A model generated the notes under the pieces. The model searched no databases and was not told the origin of the DNA. It saw only the letters and a list, made by a program, of their open reading frames with translations. Positions 39,533 to 50,134 of a stretch of DNA of 64,000 nt are shown here, piece by piece; the first letter of the stretch is position 1, and the number at the start of each line of letters is the position of its first letter. The DNA lies in IMG/VR virus record IMGVR_UViG_3300035142_000030, positions 12,722 to 76,721 of that record; one strand, given 5' to 3'. This DNA comes from a virus. The translations under genes and the position numbers were made by a program.

Positions 39533-40147
39533 TTAGGATAAAGCTGCAAGTAGTTCAGTTACCCACTTATTTGAATCTTCACATCTTTTCAATTCTGCAT
39601 TGTGTTCTTTTGTGTGGTATTCAATATCCCAGTTGGCATCTGCAATCATATCCTTTCTAATATCAGCAGCATTTATGTTTTCTAATTGAGAATCTATCTT
39701 GCTTAACTCATCATCGTGGTACTTTGTGTCTCCATCGTGGTCAATAGTTGTCACTATCTGTTCAATCATAAATTTAGCAATTCCTTCGTGGTCTTTTGTT
39801 GGTGGTTTGAAATCCCTTGCTTTAATTAAAAACTCATCAAGTTTAACCCTTGCTTTTTTTATTTCCTTAATTCTTTCGGTGTGATAGGTTCTACTTTCTT
39901 TTATCTGTTTTTTGCGAGAGGCAATTATTTCAGAATCGGTAAGTTTCTCAGCTTGATTTAATTTTTCATTAGCTGTTTTTAACGCTTTAATATGGTAATC
40001 GCTCGGCGTTCTTGGCACGTACTCTTTATTCATACTTTCATCTCTCATATGTATAGTTGCTCCAAAAGCTCTCATACATTGTTTTGCAAAATCTTGGAAT
40101 GTTTCGGTTGTGCCGTCAATAATTCCTGCTGTGTAACCTGTTGGCAT
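39533..40147 (-). CDS. Conserved phage hypothetical protein (MPTGYTA-type)
   Basis: 204 aa helical; MPTGYTAGI..TFQDFA..CMRAFGA. Confidence 0.7.
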   Translation of the reverse strand: MPTGYTAGIIDGTTETFQDFAKQCMRAFGATIHMRDESMNKEYVPRTPSDYHIKALKTANEKLNQAEKLTDSEIIASRKKQIKESRTYHTERIKEIKKARVKLDEFLIKARDFKPPTKDHEGIAKFMIEQIVTTIDHDGDTKYHDDELSKIDSQLENINAADIRKDMIADANWDIEYHTKEHNAELKRCEDSNKWVTELLAALS

Positions 40148-40193
40148 AATTTCTAATATTTAGTTATTAATAAAATTCTTTTTCCCACAAGCA

Positions 40194-40541
40194 TCAATCA
40201 AAATAAATGACTTGCTTAAATTTAGGTTCAACAAACTCAACTTTATATTCCGTATGTGGAAATTTAGATTGAACTTTTATGTATTTGTCATTTATTTTTA
40301 ATATGCTAAAATCATAATGTTCAAATGTTTCAACGTATAACTCTTTTAAATAAGTCTTATCCATAGCCCACACACAAACTTCTTCTAACATCCACATAGC
40401 TGTATATAAGTCATTAGCTACATAAGTCAAAAACTTATTTTTAGTATCAGTTAAACTACATTTATCTCTATCAATTTTATCCCAATGTTTATTTGCAAAT
40501 TCATACATATATTCACAAATAAGTTTTTCTTCTGGTTTCAT
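40194..40541 (-). CDS. Hypothetical protein
   Basis: 115 aa ORF. Confidence 0.55.
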   Translation of the reverse strand: MKPEEKLICEYMYEFANKHWDKIDRDKCSLTDTKNKFLTYVANDLYTAMWMLEEVCVWAMDKTYLKELYVETFEHYDFSILKINDKYIKVQSKFPHTEYKVEFVEPKFKQVIYFD

Positions 40542-40574
40542 AATTCTATAATATTTTATTTTTAGTTTAATAAA

Positions 40575-40832
40575 TCATAAATTTCGTTGTTTCTGAATGT
40601 TAATGTCAGATTTACGCTGTGTTCTGTACTCTCCATCTATTTCAAATATTTCTAGATTATTATATATTTTATGTTTAGGCTTAATCCCATCACGTACTCT
40701 AAACCATCCCATAATAGTATCACGAGGTATATTTAATAAATCCCTTAAAACACCTTTATTTTTACATAGATATTGTTCTCCTGTACTACGGTCTCTTACA
40801 AATACTTTAGTAGTTCTTCTAAATATTATCAT
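40575..40832 (-). CDS. Small DNA-binding protein (NUMOD1-like)
   Basis: VFVRDRSTGEQY..LRDLLNIPRDTI. Confidence 0.4.
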   Translation of the reverse strand: MIIFRRTTKVFVRDRSTGEQYLCKNKGVLRDLLNIPRDTIMGWFRVRDGIKPKHKIYNNLEIFEIDGEYRTQRKSDINIQKQRNL

Positions 40833-41359
40833 TTTCTTATTTGTGTAAGTGGATTAATATACTTTAGTCCCTCTTTCATCCTATCGTGGAATTGCCTATT
40901 AAGGTATGATTGCCTGGGGTTGTTCCCAAATTTAGCAATTATCATTGCCCTCACTGCTTCTTTTGATATGCCAAGCTCTTTACCTATTTTAGTATACCAC
41001 CAACGCTTATTGGTAAATAGATGATATGCCTTCTCTTTAATATCGTTGGGTATCTCTTTACCTTCAATGTTAAGTGTTAGATTCTCTTTATCGTTGTTTT
41101 GGATATCTCCGTCTTTATGTATCACTTTAGCGTGAGGGTTGAATATTCCATAAAACATCAAATATTTGAACTCATCTACCGACACATCCACACGAAGCGA
41201 ATAACCGAGCATTAATCGGTAGATGTATTTCTTATTTATAAACATCACTTTTACGGGTCTTTTCTGCTTTGTATTTAATAGCTCTTCTTTTTTAGTGTCA
41301 AAGGTATACTTACCGATAGAAAGTGCCCCTAAACAAACGTACTGAGTTTTTAAATCCAT
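40829..41359 (-). CDS. Degenerate HNH-HTH protein
   Basis: VIHKDGDIQNNDKENL; C-terminal HTH YTKIGKELGISKEAV. Confidence 0.55.
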   Translation of the reverse strand: MDLKTQYVCLGALSIGKYTFDTKKEELLNTKQKRPVKVMFINKKYIYRLMLGYSLRVDVSVDEFKYLMFYGIFNPHAKVIHKDGDIQNNDKENLTLNIEGKEIPNDIKEKAYHLFTNKRWWYTKIGKELGISKEAVRAMIIAKFGNNPRQSYLNRQFHDRMKEGLKYINPLTQIRK

Positions 41360-41360
41360 G

Positions 41361-41810
41361 TTATTTATTTAAAGTTTTAATTACTTGTCTGTAGATCTCT
41401 TTAAGAGATTCTACAGGAACGTATTTTCTCCATTTATCTCCGAATATATCAGGAAAAATATTTATTCCTTTAAAATATAAAGAGCACGCATCAGAGAATA
41501 GATAGTCACTATCAAAGTGTTTATGGAACTCCTGTTTTTCATCCATAAACCCCCTATAAAAGTTAAATAGTATAGATTTTCTATTATATACTTTGCAAGG
41601 ATCAAGATTACATCCTTTTAATATTCCTTTCTCATACACAAATCTTGCATAGTCACCAAGCTCATGCATATCAGTAAAAAAAACCTTTGGATGTGTCTGT
41701 TTAGAAGATATGAACTTAAAGATTTCGCTCCAGCAATGAGAAATTACAGTCTTAGGAATATCTTTTCTTCTGGATACTATTTGAATAGTTGTTGGATGTA
41801 GTAGCCTCAT
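41361..41810 (-). CDS. Hypothetical protein
   Basis: 149 aa ORF. Confidence 0.5.
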   Translation of the reverse strand: MRLLHPTTIQIVSRRKDIPKTVISHCWSEIFKFISSKQTHPKVFFTDMHELGDYARFVYEKGILKGCNLDPCKVYNRKSILFNFYRGFMDEKQEFHKHFDSDYLFSDACSLYFKGINIFPDIFGDKWRKYVPVESLKEIYRQVIKTLNK

Positions 41811-41862
41811 AACTATAATTTTTGTGCAAGATACAATTAATTTTCATAAAAGTCAAATAGTA

Positions 41863-42075
41863 TTACAAATAATCTAAAATTAACTTAAACATTATCTGAC
41901 TATTAAAGTTGTTTAAAGAGTCTTTATTCCTATAAACATAGACTAAGAATTGTTTTCTCTGTAGGACATTTAATTGAGATACCCCCATCTCAAATCCTAT
42001 ATAATCTTGATCCTTAAAAATATCAATTAAAGAATCAAAATATAAATCCTGTTGTTCTTTTGAATCGAATCTCAT
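41863..42075 (-). CDS. Hypothetical protein
   Basis: 70 aa ORF. Confidence 0.5.
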   Translation of the reverse strand: MRFDSKEQQDLYFDSLIDIFKDQDYIGFEMGVSQLNVLQRKQFLVYVYRNKDSLNNFNSQIMFKLILDYL

Positions 42076-42267
42076 AAAATGCTTTTTTAATAGTTAGTAT
42101 TTTTATTTTGCTTTTTATATTCCTTTTAAAATATTAGTTTCATTGTTAATATTAAGAAGAACGCATTAAATTCTAATTTGCGTTTAAAATTATTAACCAT
42201 CTCTTATTGTCAATATGTAATTTTGCGTCATTGTTAAGTATTATAATCAAATCTTAGTTACCTTTAT

Positions 42268-42465
42268 TTACCCATTAGAACGTATATAATACAAGTTAGT
42301 GCATTTTGATATATACATACTACTTTCAATAGTTATTGGATTAGAAGCGTTAAAATGTGCCTTAATTAGTTTACTAAACATATAACTATCTATTTTATGA
42401 TATTCTGGTATTAAATGCCCATATATAGATAGTATCTTTTTTATATGTTCCTTATCTAGTTTCAT
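42268..42465 (-). CDS. Hypothetical protein
   Basis: 65 aa ORF. Confidence 0.45.
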   Translation of the reverse strand: MKLDKEHIKKILSIYGHLIPEYHKIDSYMFSKLIKAHFNASNPITIESSMYISKCTNLYYIRSNG

Positions 42466-42517
42466 AATCTGAGAATTATAATTCTTTTGCGTTTCCCATT
42501 TTATCGATGATTTTTAG

Positions 42518-42724
42518 TTAATATTTAAGTAATTCATTATTTAAGCCGTCTATACGACCTTTACAAAACTTAATCTGCTCGTTTATTTTGTGATATGTAT
42601 CACAAGCAAAATTACCGTGAAGATTTACGTCAGTATTATATATTCCTTTTATTTTTTTCAAAGCAGCAATACTTTTTTCATATTTTCGAATATTTTCTTT
42701 AATAATTAATTTTCTTGGTTTCAT
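42518..42724 (-). CDS. Hypothetical protein
   Basis: 68 aa ORF. Confidence 0.5.
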   Translation of the reverse strand: MKPRKLIIKENIRKYEKSIAALKKIKGIYNTDVNLHGNFACDTYHKINEQIKFCKGRIDGLNNELLKY

Positions 42725-43257
42725 AATTTTAATATTTAAATTTATTTTTAGTTAATACTTCGGTTATAGATATAACGGTTTCTATTCGTTAATATATAGT
42801 ATATAACAATTAATTGAATAGTGTATCAATTCAGAGGGTTTAAACGTCCTTTATTCGTAAAGGCAGATTAATAAAATTTAACTATATTTATACAATACAT
42901 TAACGACCAAGTTTTGAAACCGTAACAAATTGCCTGGATTTTGCTTTTAATCTGATTTTTTAGCCTCTTTTCTGTCTCTTTTGGTTTAGTTTCGATATAA
43001 TCAAACTCTGCTGTGCTAGACAATAAACAGCTATGTGTTATTGGGGTGAGATTAAAGCCAAAACAATGCAACATTGGAAAGGATTTTTCCAATAACACAA
43101 GCTGAATATTTAGTTTCTTTGTATTCTGCATTATTTTAACTTAATCTCAAATGCAAATATACAAAATATATCAATACCCTATTTTTTAGTAAATGTAAGA
43201 ACGTTTGTTTAATATTTTTTATCTGTTCATTGTCGCTGAACAAACAAAATAAATGAA

Positions 43258-43446
43258 CTAATAAGCTAAATTATAATAAATAGATGGTTCGCTAGTCACA
43301 TTATATATATAACTTCCACACTTAACAAGAAGAACATCTTTACCATAATATTTATCTTTCATTCCTTTTATACTGCCTGATGCGCTAAAATTAGGTAAAT
43401 CCTTTACTTTGTCGTAAAATTCAGCTTTTAAATATTTTGTTTTCAT
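43258..43446 (-). CDS. Hypothetical protein (putative early gene)
   Basis: 62 aa; PNFSASGSIKGMK..YYG. Confidence 0.6.
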   Translation of the reverse strand: MKTKYLKAEFYDKVKDLPNFSASGSIKGMKDKYYGKDVLLVKCGSYIYNVTSEPSIYYNLAY

Positions 43447-43471
43447 AATTTCATAATTTTAGTTAATAATT

Positions 43472-43535
43472 TTGCGCCCCTATACCGAATCGAACGGCCT
43501 TCCTTATTATTTCGGACACTCCAAGTATTAGAGGC
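43472..43535 (-). ncRNA. Short tRNA-like element
   Basis: Minus strand GCCTCTA...GCCG-TTCGATT-CGGT-A-TAGGGGC: acceptor-like stem and T-arm, no proper D or anticodon arm. Confidence 0.3.
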
Positions 43536-43644
43536 TTATTTTTAGCCTAAATAATGAACCATTAAACCAAACAGATATAAAACTATCAGAATAGATAAAA
43601 ATATCATTAAATAGGCTAATATATAGTTAAATTTGTGTTTCATT

Positions 43645-43923
43645 TTATAACATCTTACTTTTGCATCCTTGATAAGTATAATTTGTGTGTAGTAATTCGT
43701 CTTCTGATACTTCAAACACAGCTACGTGATTTGTGTCTTCACAAAAGTGCTTATACTCCCAAGCTTGTTTTGCTGTTTCTGGTTCGTTGTCCGTGCCTTC
43801 CGGGCAGAAGTCTGTTTCTTCATACATTCTTTTAAATTCCTGTTCAATTTCTTGTAAATTATCACTTGCAAACACTTCTTTTGCAATTTGTTGTCCCGAT
43901 TTATAAATTCCTATTTTATACAT
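43645..43923 (-). CDS. Acidic hypothetical protein
   Basis: 92 aa ORF. Confidence 0.55.
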   Translation of the reverse strand: MYKIGIYKSGQQIAKEVFASDNLQEIEQEFKRMYEETDFCPEGTDNEPETAKQAWEYKHFCEDTNHVAVFEVSEDELLHTNYTYQGCKSKML

Positions 43924-44125
43924 AACATTAAATCTTTTAAGGGTTAAAAAATAATACTAAGAATAGTTAAGCCAATTATAAATGATAATACAATAGCTTT
44001 TAATGTACGAACATTCTTTTTAGTAATTAGTTCGTGTTGCTTTTTGAGTTCCATAACAGATATATTATTGTTATCTGCTATAATTCTTAATTCTTGTTTA
44101 GTTAAGTTTTTCATAGTTGTATAGT

Positions 44126-44350
44126 TTAGTGTAAAACTTTATGTAATATTTTACCATTCCTTAAATAATTAAAATAGTTATCGTGAGAATCGTAAGGAAA
44201 TAAACTATTTCCTTTATTGTCCTGTGTAATTTTACAACCACATACATAGTCTATATGTATTTGTAGTTGTTTTAAACTAAATTTTGGATGTACATTGTCG
44301 TTAAAACTATCAAGACAATCAATAATGTGTTTATCGTTTATAATTTTCAT
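44126..44350 (-). CDS. Hypothetical protein
   Basis: 74 aa ORF. Confidence 0.45.
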   Translation of the reverse strand: MKIINDKHIIDCLDSFNDNVHPKFSLKQLQIHIDYVCGCKITQDNKGNSLFPYDSHDNYFNYLRNGKILHKVLH

Positions 44351-45012
44351 TATATTTTAGATATTTCAAAAACATCAAAAGTTTTTCCGCTTGCAATAGT
44401 TTTAAAACTAAAACCTACTTTTTGCATAATATCATCATAACAAGAAACGCCTACACCACCTTCTAAATGTGGTAAAATACCATAACCAATACCATAACTA
44501 AATAATTCATGATTTTTAGTCTCAATATTAATATCTTTTAAAGTATAAAGTAATTTTCTAAAAGATAAACTTTGATTTACTGCTTTTGCTACTGCTACAC
44601 TTTCCTTGTCATAGCCGCACCCAGAAATAGAACCAGAGTTAAAATGCTCGCATGTTCCATCGGTATAAAATACTGTTGCTTCTGCTGTTGGATTTTTCCC
44701 CCACATTTGGGACTTTTTCCACTCAACACTAATTGTAATGATTTTTAATTCTTTTGCGCTTTTAACTTGTTCAATGTGGCTTAATTGATCATTTAGTTTT
44801 TTAGCAGCTTTTTTATTTAATCTTTTAATTAAATAGTCTTTTAATTGGTCAACATTTTCCCAATCTCTATTCCTACTACTTGCAGGTATTAAATTATTGT
44901 AATACCATTTATTAAGAATATCCTTTATTGATGTTTCTTTTTTAAGATCGCTTAAACTCTCGTTTAACTCTCTTTTATTTTCTTCTGTGATGTGATTAAT
45001 TAAATTTTTCAT
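44350..45012 (-). CDS. Conserved phage hypothetical protein
   Basis: 220 aa; SGCGYDKES.AVA, EGGVGVSC motifs; first gene of leftward block. Confidence 0.65.
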   Translation of the reverse strand: MKNLINHITEENKRELNESLSDLKKETSIKDILNKWYYNNLIPASSRNRDWENVDQLKDYLIKRLNKKAAKKLNDQLSHIEQVKSAKELKIITISVEWKKSQMWGKNPTAEATVFYTDGTCEHFNSGSISGCGYDKESVAVAKAVNQSLSFRKLLYTLKDINIETKNHELFSYGIGYGILPHLEGGVGVSCYDDIMQKVGFSFKTIASGKTFDVFEISKI

Positions 45013-45323
45013 AGCTGTAAATTTTAGTTGTTTAAATCTTTAGCAATATTACAACCGATATTTCAAAAAAACAAATTTATTTTTAATGATTTTGTAAAAT
45101 ATTTTAAGGCCATTAATTAAAATACGCATAAATAAAGGCTTTAAACCATAAACATAGAATGATTTTAAATTAATAAATCTTTAAGGGACATAAACACACC
45201 TTATATATATAAGAACTAATACGCATGAAAAAATAATGCCCTGAAACCATTATAAAGTATAAAAAAATGAAAATAAATTAAAAATAATTAATAAAATACT
45301 TGACTTATATAATAATTTATTTA

Positions 45324-45331
45324 TACATTTG
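45324..45331 (+). promoter_or_regulatory. Bacteroidota -7 promoter element
   Basis: TACATTTG before 45370; divergent from the leftward block. Confidence 0.6.
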
Positions 45332-45369
45332 CAGAATAAAACTAAATATTAATTTAAAACTATAGAGAT

Positions 45370-45657
45370 ATGAAACAAGAAGAGATTATACAAAACAATA
45401 AACTTATTGCTGAGTTTATGACAGGACAAAGCAAAGAATCGACAGTATTTATGGATTTGAACCGTTCTGCAAATGATTTAGAATATCATTCATCTTGGGA
45501 TTGGTTAATGCCTGTAATTAATAAAATATATGAAATTCCTTTAAATCATGGGTGGTTTAGAATTAAATATATTATAGACTCTTTTTATCCTATGGATATT
45601 GAAAAGACTTATAAAGAAGTTGTGGAGTATATTGAATGGTATAACGAAAACAAATAA
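45370..45657 (+). CDS. Conserved phage hypothetical protein
   Basis: NNKLIAEFM...YHSSWDWLMPV..KI motif. Confidence 0.7.
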   Translation: MKQEEIIQNNKLIAEFMTGQSKESTVFMDLNRSANDLEYHSSWDWLMPVINKIYEIPLNHGWFRIKYIIDSFYPMDIEKTYKEVVEYIEWYNENK

Positions 45658-45859
45658 TTAATTTATTTAAAAAAATTTTAAACATATAAGGATATGAAGA
45701 CAAAAAAAGAACTACAAAAAGAAAATAAAGAATTAAAAGAATCTTTAAAAGATATAATTCGACAAGTAGAATATCCACAAAGATCATTAAGTGACAGGAA
45801 TGGAATTATGATACAAAAACCAATATTAAAGATAAAAATATTAGATTTAGTTTCATAGT

Positions 45860-47040
45860 TTAATAGTTAATTTTAGTTGATTTAAAGGCCTGTATTTAAT
45901 CGTACAGGCTTTTTTAATATAATATACCTCATAGGATATAAAATAGCCTTAAAAGCCTTAAATTATATCTTTTCGGGTATAATTACACGCATAAACTAGG
46001 AATTAACAATAATTATAACTATATTTGTAACTCTATTAGTAATAGTACCCAGAACCAAATAACAATTAATATGAATTAACGAGATGTAGACCGGCCTGGC
46101 GATAAATCCAGAAGAACACACAAGAAAAGGAATTATAAAAACAAGTGTTAAACTTATTTTTATTGTACAAATAGCCTGGTTTAAATTAGATCAGGTTATT
46201 TTTTATGCTTAAAGATTAAGTTTATTAAGTCTAAATAAACGTTAAAAGCCTAGATATTAAGATTTAAACCCTCTGAGAATTGAATATTTGAAACGCTCAT
46301 GCACTATGATACTGTACAGATTACTCTCAAGGACTTAAATATTAAGAACTTAAACAAATAACACGCATAAACCATAAATCAAACATAAAATCCTTTCAAG
46401 GATATTACATATATAAGAAAGAGACAATAACAAAAAAAAACATCAATATAATAAATAATAAATACCAGCAAACTATTTAACAATTATTATATATTTCTGT
46501 TTGCTGGATAGAATAGAGTAAGTATTTGGACAGGAAATAGATATAAATAGTATTTTAACTCCGTTAGAATTGGATATTCATATCTATTGTGTAATATGAT
46601 AGATGATATTATAAAGAATCTGTATTAAATAGATAGAATATAGTGTTATTTCAGCTAAAATATACCTTTTTGACTCACATTTTTAGTTAAAATATCATAT
46701 TTAATAATCAGGCACTTATATAATTTTGGTCTCAGTTCCACACAGCGCGAAGACCAACTTTTGAAGATTTAATATACCTCAGTTATTATCTTAGATATAT
46801 AGAGAGGATTTTAACAGGATATTAGTATTATTAAAGAATGGGCAAGCTCATCAACTAATAATATATAGCATACTACTATGTTATACCAAGTGTTTCAAAA
46901 TGGAACACTTTTAGGTAAAATAAACCCAACCTATTTTTTAGGTTGGGAACAAAAAAGGCTGTAAGGCTTATAAATACTAAAGAATTGTGAAAAACGATAA
47001 ATTGATTATTTGTCCAATAATTAGTATTTTGTTAATATGA
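45860..47040. other. Long AT-rich non-coding region (candidate origin or genome-end region)
   Basis: No ORF of 60 aa or more; terminator-like hairpins ~45886 and ~46172; repeated ACGCATAAA. Confidence 0.4.
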
Positions 47041-47050
47041 TTATGAGACA

Positions 47051-47647
47051 TTATAGCACATCAGGCTTGAACTCAAAGATATATGCTTTATGCCTAGTTT
47101 CATCTTTTAAATATCGATTAATTGTTTTGCGATCTACACCGAAATGTTTAGCCGCATCGACAACAGAATCAAACTGTAATTGTTCCCTGGTTTGTATGTG
47201 TGTGGTTAATATAGGTTTTTTCTTTGCATTTGACATTTTTATGCGTGTTTCAAGGTTGTGCGGAGGTTTTATTTTGCCTTTCCAATAACTATTCCTTTGT
47301 CCTGTCTGAAAGGATTTTAATATGTTTTCGCTATGAGTTACCCACTCTAAGTTAGATATATGATTATTTAACTTATCGTGGTCAATATGGTTAACCTCTT
47401 TCTTATATTTATTGTCGCTATATCCCTTGAAAGTGATTAATACGAGCCTATGAGCGAAGAATATCTTTGTGCGTGGTTTATCTCTGTTCTCTTCTGTCTT
47501 CTCTTGCGTAAGATGGTATAATATATAGCCACAACTATTTAGTTGAGGTTTTAAGAATCTTTGCTTTCTGATAGAATACACATCACCGTTTTCATATATA
47601 TAATATAAGTTTTCAAATCCTGGTAACATTATTGTTTTTCTTTTCAT
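47051..47647 (-). CDS. NUMOD4-HNH homing endonuclease with NUMOD3/NUMOD1-like tail
   Basis: GFENLYYIYENGDV, HRLV, VNHIDHDKLNNHISNLEWVT, FDSVVDAAKHFG. Confidence 0.9.
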   Translation of the reverse strand: MKRKTIMLPGFENLYYIYENGDVYSIRKQRFLKPQLNSCGYILYHLTQEKTEENRDKPRTKIFFAHRLVLITFKGYSDNKYKKEVNHIDHDKLNNHISNLEWVTHSENILKSFQTGQRNSYWKGKIKPPHNLETRIKMSNAKKKPILTTHIQTREQLQFDSVVDAAKHFGVDRKTINRYLKDETRHKAYIFEFKPDVL

Positions 47648-48023
47648 AATGAATTATTTAATTAATATTGATGTGTGACAAATGTACAAAATATAATTAA
47701 TATATACAAATTGCTTTTTCTTTGGCTCAAACATTTAGGAAGGAAATAATACTAGGAGTATGTTTATTTACTTAATACAGACGATCTGATGCACTTTTAT
47801 AGTATGAGCGGATACTTTTTCATTTTCAATAAGTTAATGTCTTTAAAGGGGTTAATTTTAAAGGGGGTAGGTTCGCAAATTTCGTTTTAGGTTAGCAAGT
47901 GACACCCCTCATTTTATATCTTTAAGCCCATATAGAGAATAGTACAAACATTTTAAATCCTTAAAATATACACTATTAGCTATAATAATCAGTAATAAAT
48001 TATGATATTAACTATTTTATCCT

Positions 48024-48031
48024 TATATTTG
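48024..48031 (+). promoter_or_regulatory. Bacteroidota -7 promoter element at head of array 3
   Basis: TATATTTG. Confidence 0.55.
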
Positions 48032-48208
48032 TATAAAATAAAATATAATATGTGAATGTACTAAGTTTATTTGATGAGATATCATCAAAGCTACTTCATC
48101 TTAATGGAGTCTAATGGTTGAGTATATGAGTAGTGTCCCAAACGTACAGTGGGACGCACATAAATTTTAAAAAATGTACAAACGAGAATATAAACTATAA
48201 AAACACGA

Positions 48209-48625
48209 GTGATGAAAAATTTAAAACAGGCATTAATTGAAAATATCGCTGACATTTTAGATAGTGAAGATGTACGGTGTGAAGAGGTGTTAAACGGAAT
48301 TTCCGACCCGATAAAAAGAGAAAAAAGCGAGTTGCATATAAGGATGGCAGAAGCTGCACTTGCTGAATACAAAAGAACGTGCGAGGACAGGGCAATGGAA
48401 TTAGATATTGAAATATTTGACAAAAACAGAAAGGTATTACATATAGGTAGTATTATAAGCCGTTATTTATTTAAACTTGCAGAAAAGCACGATAAAGATG
48501 TTGAAGATTTACTACTAGGTATAGAACTAAGCCAACCAATTAGAGATGATGGAAAGAACATCATAGAATTAGTGGACTTAGACCTTAATAGAATTGACAA
48601 GGTTTTATGTTCTAATGGCTTATAA
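48209..48625 (+). CDS. Hypothetical cassette protein reading through a repeat arm
   Basis: KVLHIGSIISR is encoded by the arm; stop codon falls in the next core (TATAAC). Confidence 0.55.
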   Translation: MMKNLKQALIENIADILDSEDVRCEEVLNGISDPIKREKSELHIRMAEAALAEYKRTCEDRAMELDIEIFDKNRKVLHIGSIISRYLFKLAEKHDKDVEDLLLGIELSQPIRDDGKNIIELVDLDLNRIDKVLCSNGL

Positions 48626-48709
48626 CGTTGAATGTATGGGTAGGGCGTGAAATACCTGCAGCCCTACACGCGATAGATAAACATTAAATAACATAAATAG
48701 CGAACGATT

Positions 48710-49105
48710 ATGAAACACGTAATAGAATTACTTACAGAACAATTAGAATTGATTAGTGACGAAATAAGATATGCAGAAGGTGAAGAACTGAAACAGTTAG
48801 ACTGCAGAAACACAGAAATAGGGACTGCTCTTAAAATACTGCAGTTAGTGAGCGGTGTAAATACGGAGAACGAACAAGCCTTACCTATACATATTGTTAG
48901 GGTTTGTGCTTGGGAGGATGCTGCAGACGAGGATAAAGTACCATTTTTAGAAAAAGCTGCAGAACTTGCAGGTGATTCAATGTTTTGTACGCGCGTTTGG
49001 AGTGCGTGGGGAGTTGGAACTATGAGCGAGAACGACTTTGTTGATGCTGCAGATGATGATGATTACGTATACGAAATAGCAAAAGCGATTTGGGAGGGGT
49101 ATTAA
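48710..49105 (+). CDS. Hypothetical cassette protein reading through a repeat arm
   Basis: QALPIHIVRVC is encoded by the arm; C-terminal domain CTRVWSAWGVGTMSENDF. Confidence 0.6.
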   Translation: MKHVIELLTEQLELISDEIRYAEGEELKQLDCRNTEIGTALKILQLVSGVNTENEQALPIHIVRVCAWEDAADEDKVPFLEKAAELAGDSMFCTRVWSAWGVGTMSENDFVDAADDDDYVYEIAKAIWEGY

Positions 49106-49255
49106 CCCTAACGCCTTAAAGCGTAAACTCCGTTACATGGAGAACGTAGTTCGGGAATGTAACGAGTTTAAAATGCTGTAATGGAGTTTACGCATAGTTA
49201 CAAACCGTGCCAATGGCACAAAGATTATTAGAATGTTGAACTTAAAATAAATTTT

Positions 49256-49405
49256 ATGAAACGTTTATGTAAAATGAAACCATATTATGTAATACCAAGA
49301 GTATTTTATATATATGCTGGCTATACTGGATTAGATAATGGATTAGCAATAGGTTGGCTTGGCAGAATGTTTATTATAATTATTCCTGTTAATGAAAGGG
49401 AATAA
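49256..49405 (+). CDS. 49-aa hypothetical peptide between inner and outer arms
   Basis: MKRLCKMKPYYVIPRVFYIYAG...LAIGWLGRMFIIII. Confidence 0.45.
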   Translation: MKRLCKMKPYYVIPRVFYIYAGYTGLDNGLAIGWLGRMFIIIIPVNERE

Positions 49406-49744
49406 AATTTATGCATTTTAGCTTTAAGGCGTTACAAAACCATAGGCAAACAGTGGAAACGGTGAGCGAAGCGAATAAGTTTCGTTTGCCGTGCCTCGAT
49501 GGCATGGTTTTGTAACGTACGTGTATACGCCTGTTGGTATGATTATTAATAGTATAAACTTAAATTAATAAATAATAAAATTACGTAAATTCGCAAAAAT
49601 AATAAAGACAACGAAAACAGATTTGCAGAAATGATAATACCCAGAAAAGATATTGATATAATAATTAAGAGACAAAGATCAATATTATAACAAAGTGTTA
49701 ATCAAAAATTGAATGAATAATAAACGTATTAAATATATAATATT

Positions 49745-49912
49745 ATGATAGAGCGATTTGAAGCTTTAATAGGACAATATGAAGCTGAACTAAAGAAATT
49801 ACTTAATGAATTTCGAAAAGCTGAACCATCTCCACATAAATCTGAATTAGAGATTATGATTAGGGAAAAAAAAAGAGTAATTTCTGATTTAAAGTGGGTT
49901 TTAGTTTATTAG
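49745..49912 (+). CDS. 55-aa hypothetical protein
   Basis: MIERFEALIGQYEAELKK... Confidence 0.4.
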   Translation: MIERFEALIGQYEAELKKLLNEFRKAEPSPHKSELEIMIREKKRVISDLKWVLVY

Positions 49913-49960
49913 AATAACAAACTTTAAAAAATTATTAAAAATTTATAAAAAATATGAGCG

Positions 49961-50134
49961 ATGGTAACAAGCGACAATTATTACGAAAAGAAAATTAAAA
50001 ACAGTATTGGGAAAAGATTCACACAAAAAGAAGCAATTGAATTTGAAAGAGAAATGATTAATTCCCCAACTGGCACTAACAATTATACATGGTTTGATAG
50101 TAAAACAAAACAGCCAATTGCGTTTAATTATTGA
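49961..50134 (+). CDS. 57-aa hypothetical protein
   Basis: MVTSDNYYEKK...; ends just before the 50136 site. Confidence 0.4.
   Translation: MVTSDNYYEKKIKNSIGKRFTQKEAIEFEREMINSPTGTNNYTWFDSKTKQPIAFNY

Noticed and set aside
42868-43131. 87-aa ORF as a confident gene
   Set aside because: Atypical composition and no recognisable motif; may be a non-coding or regulatory region.
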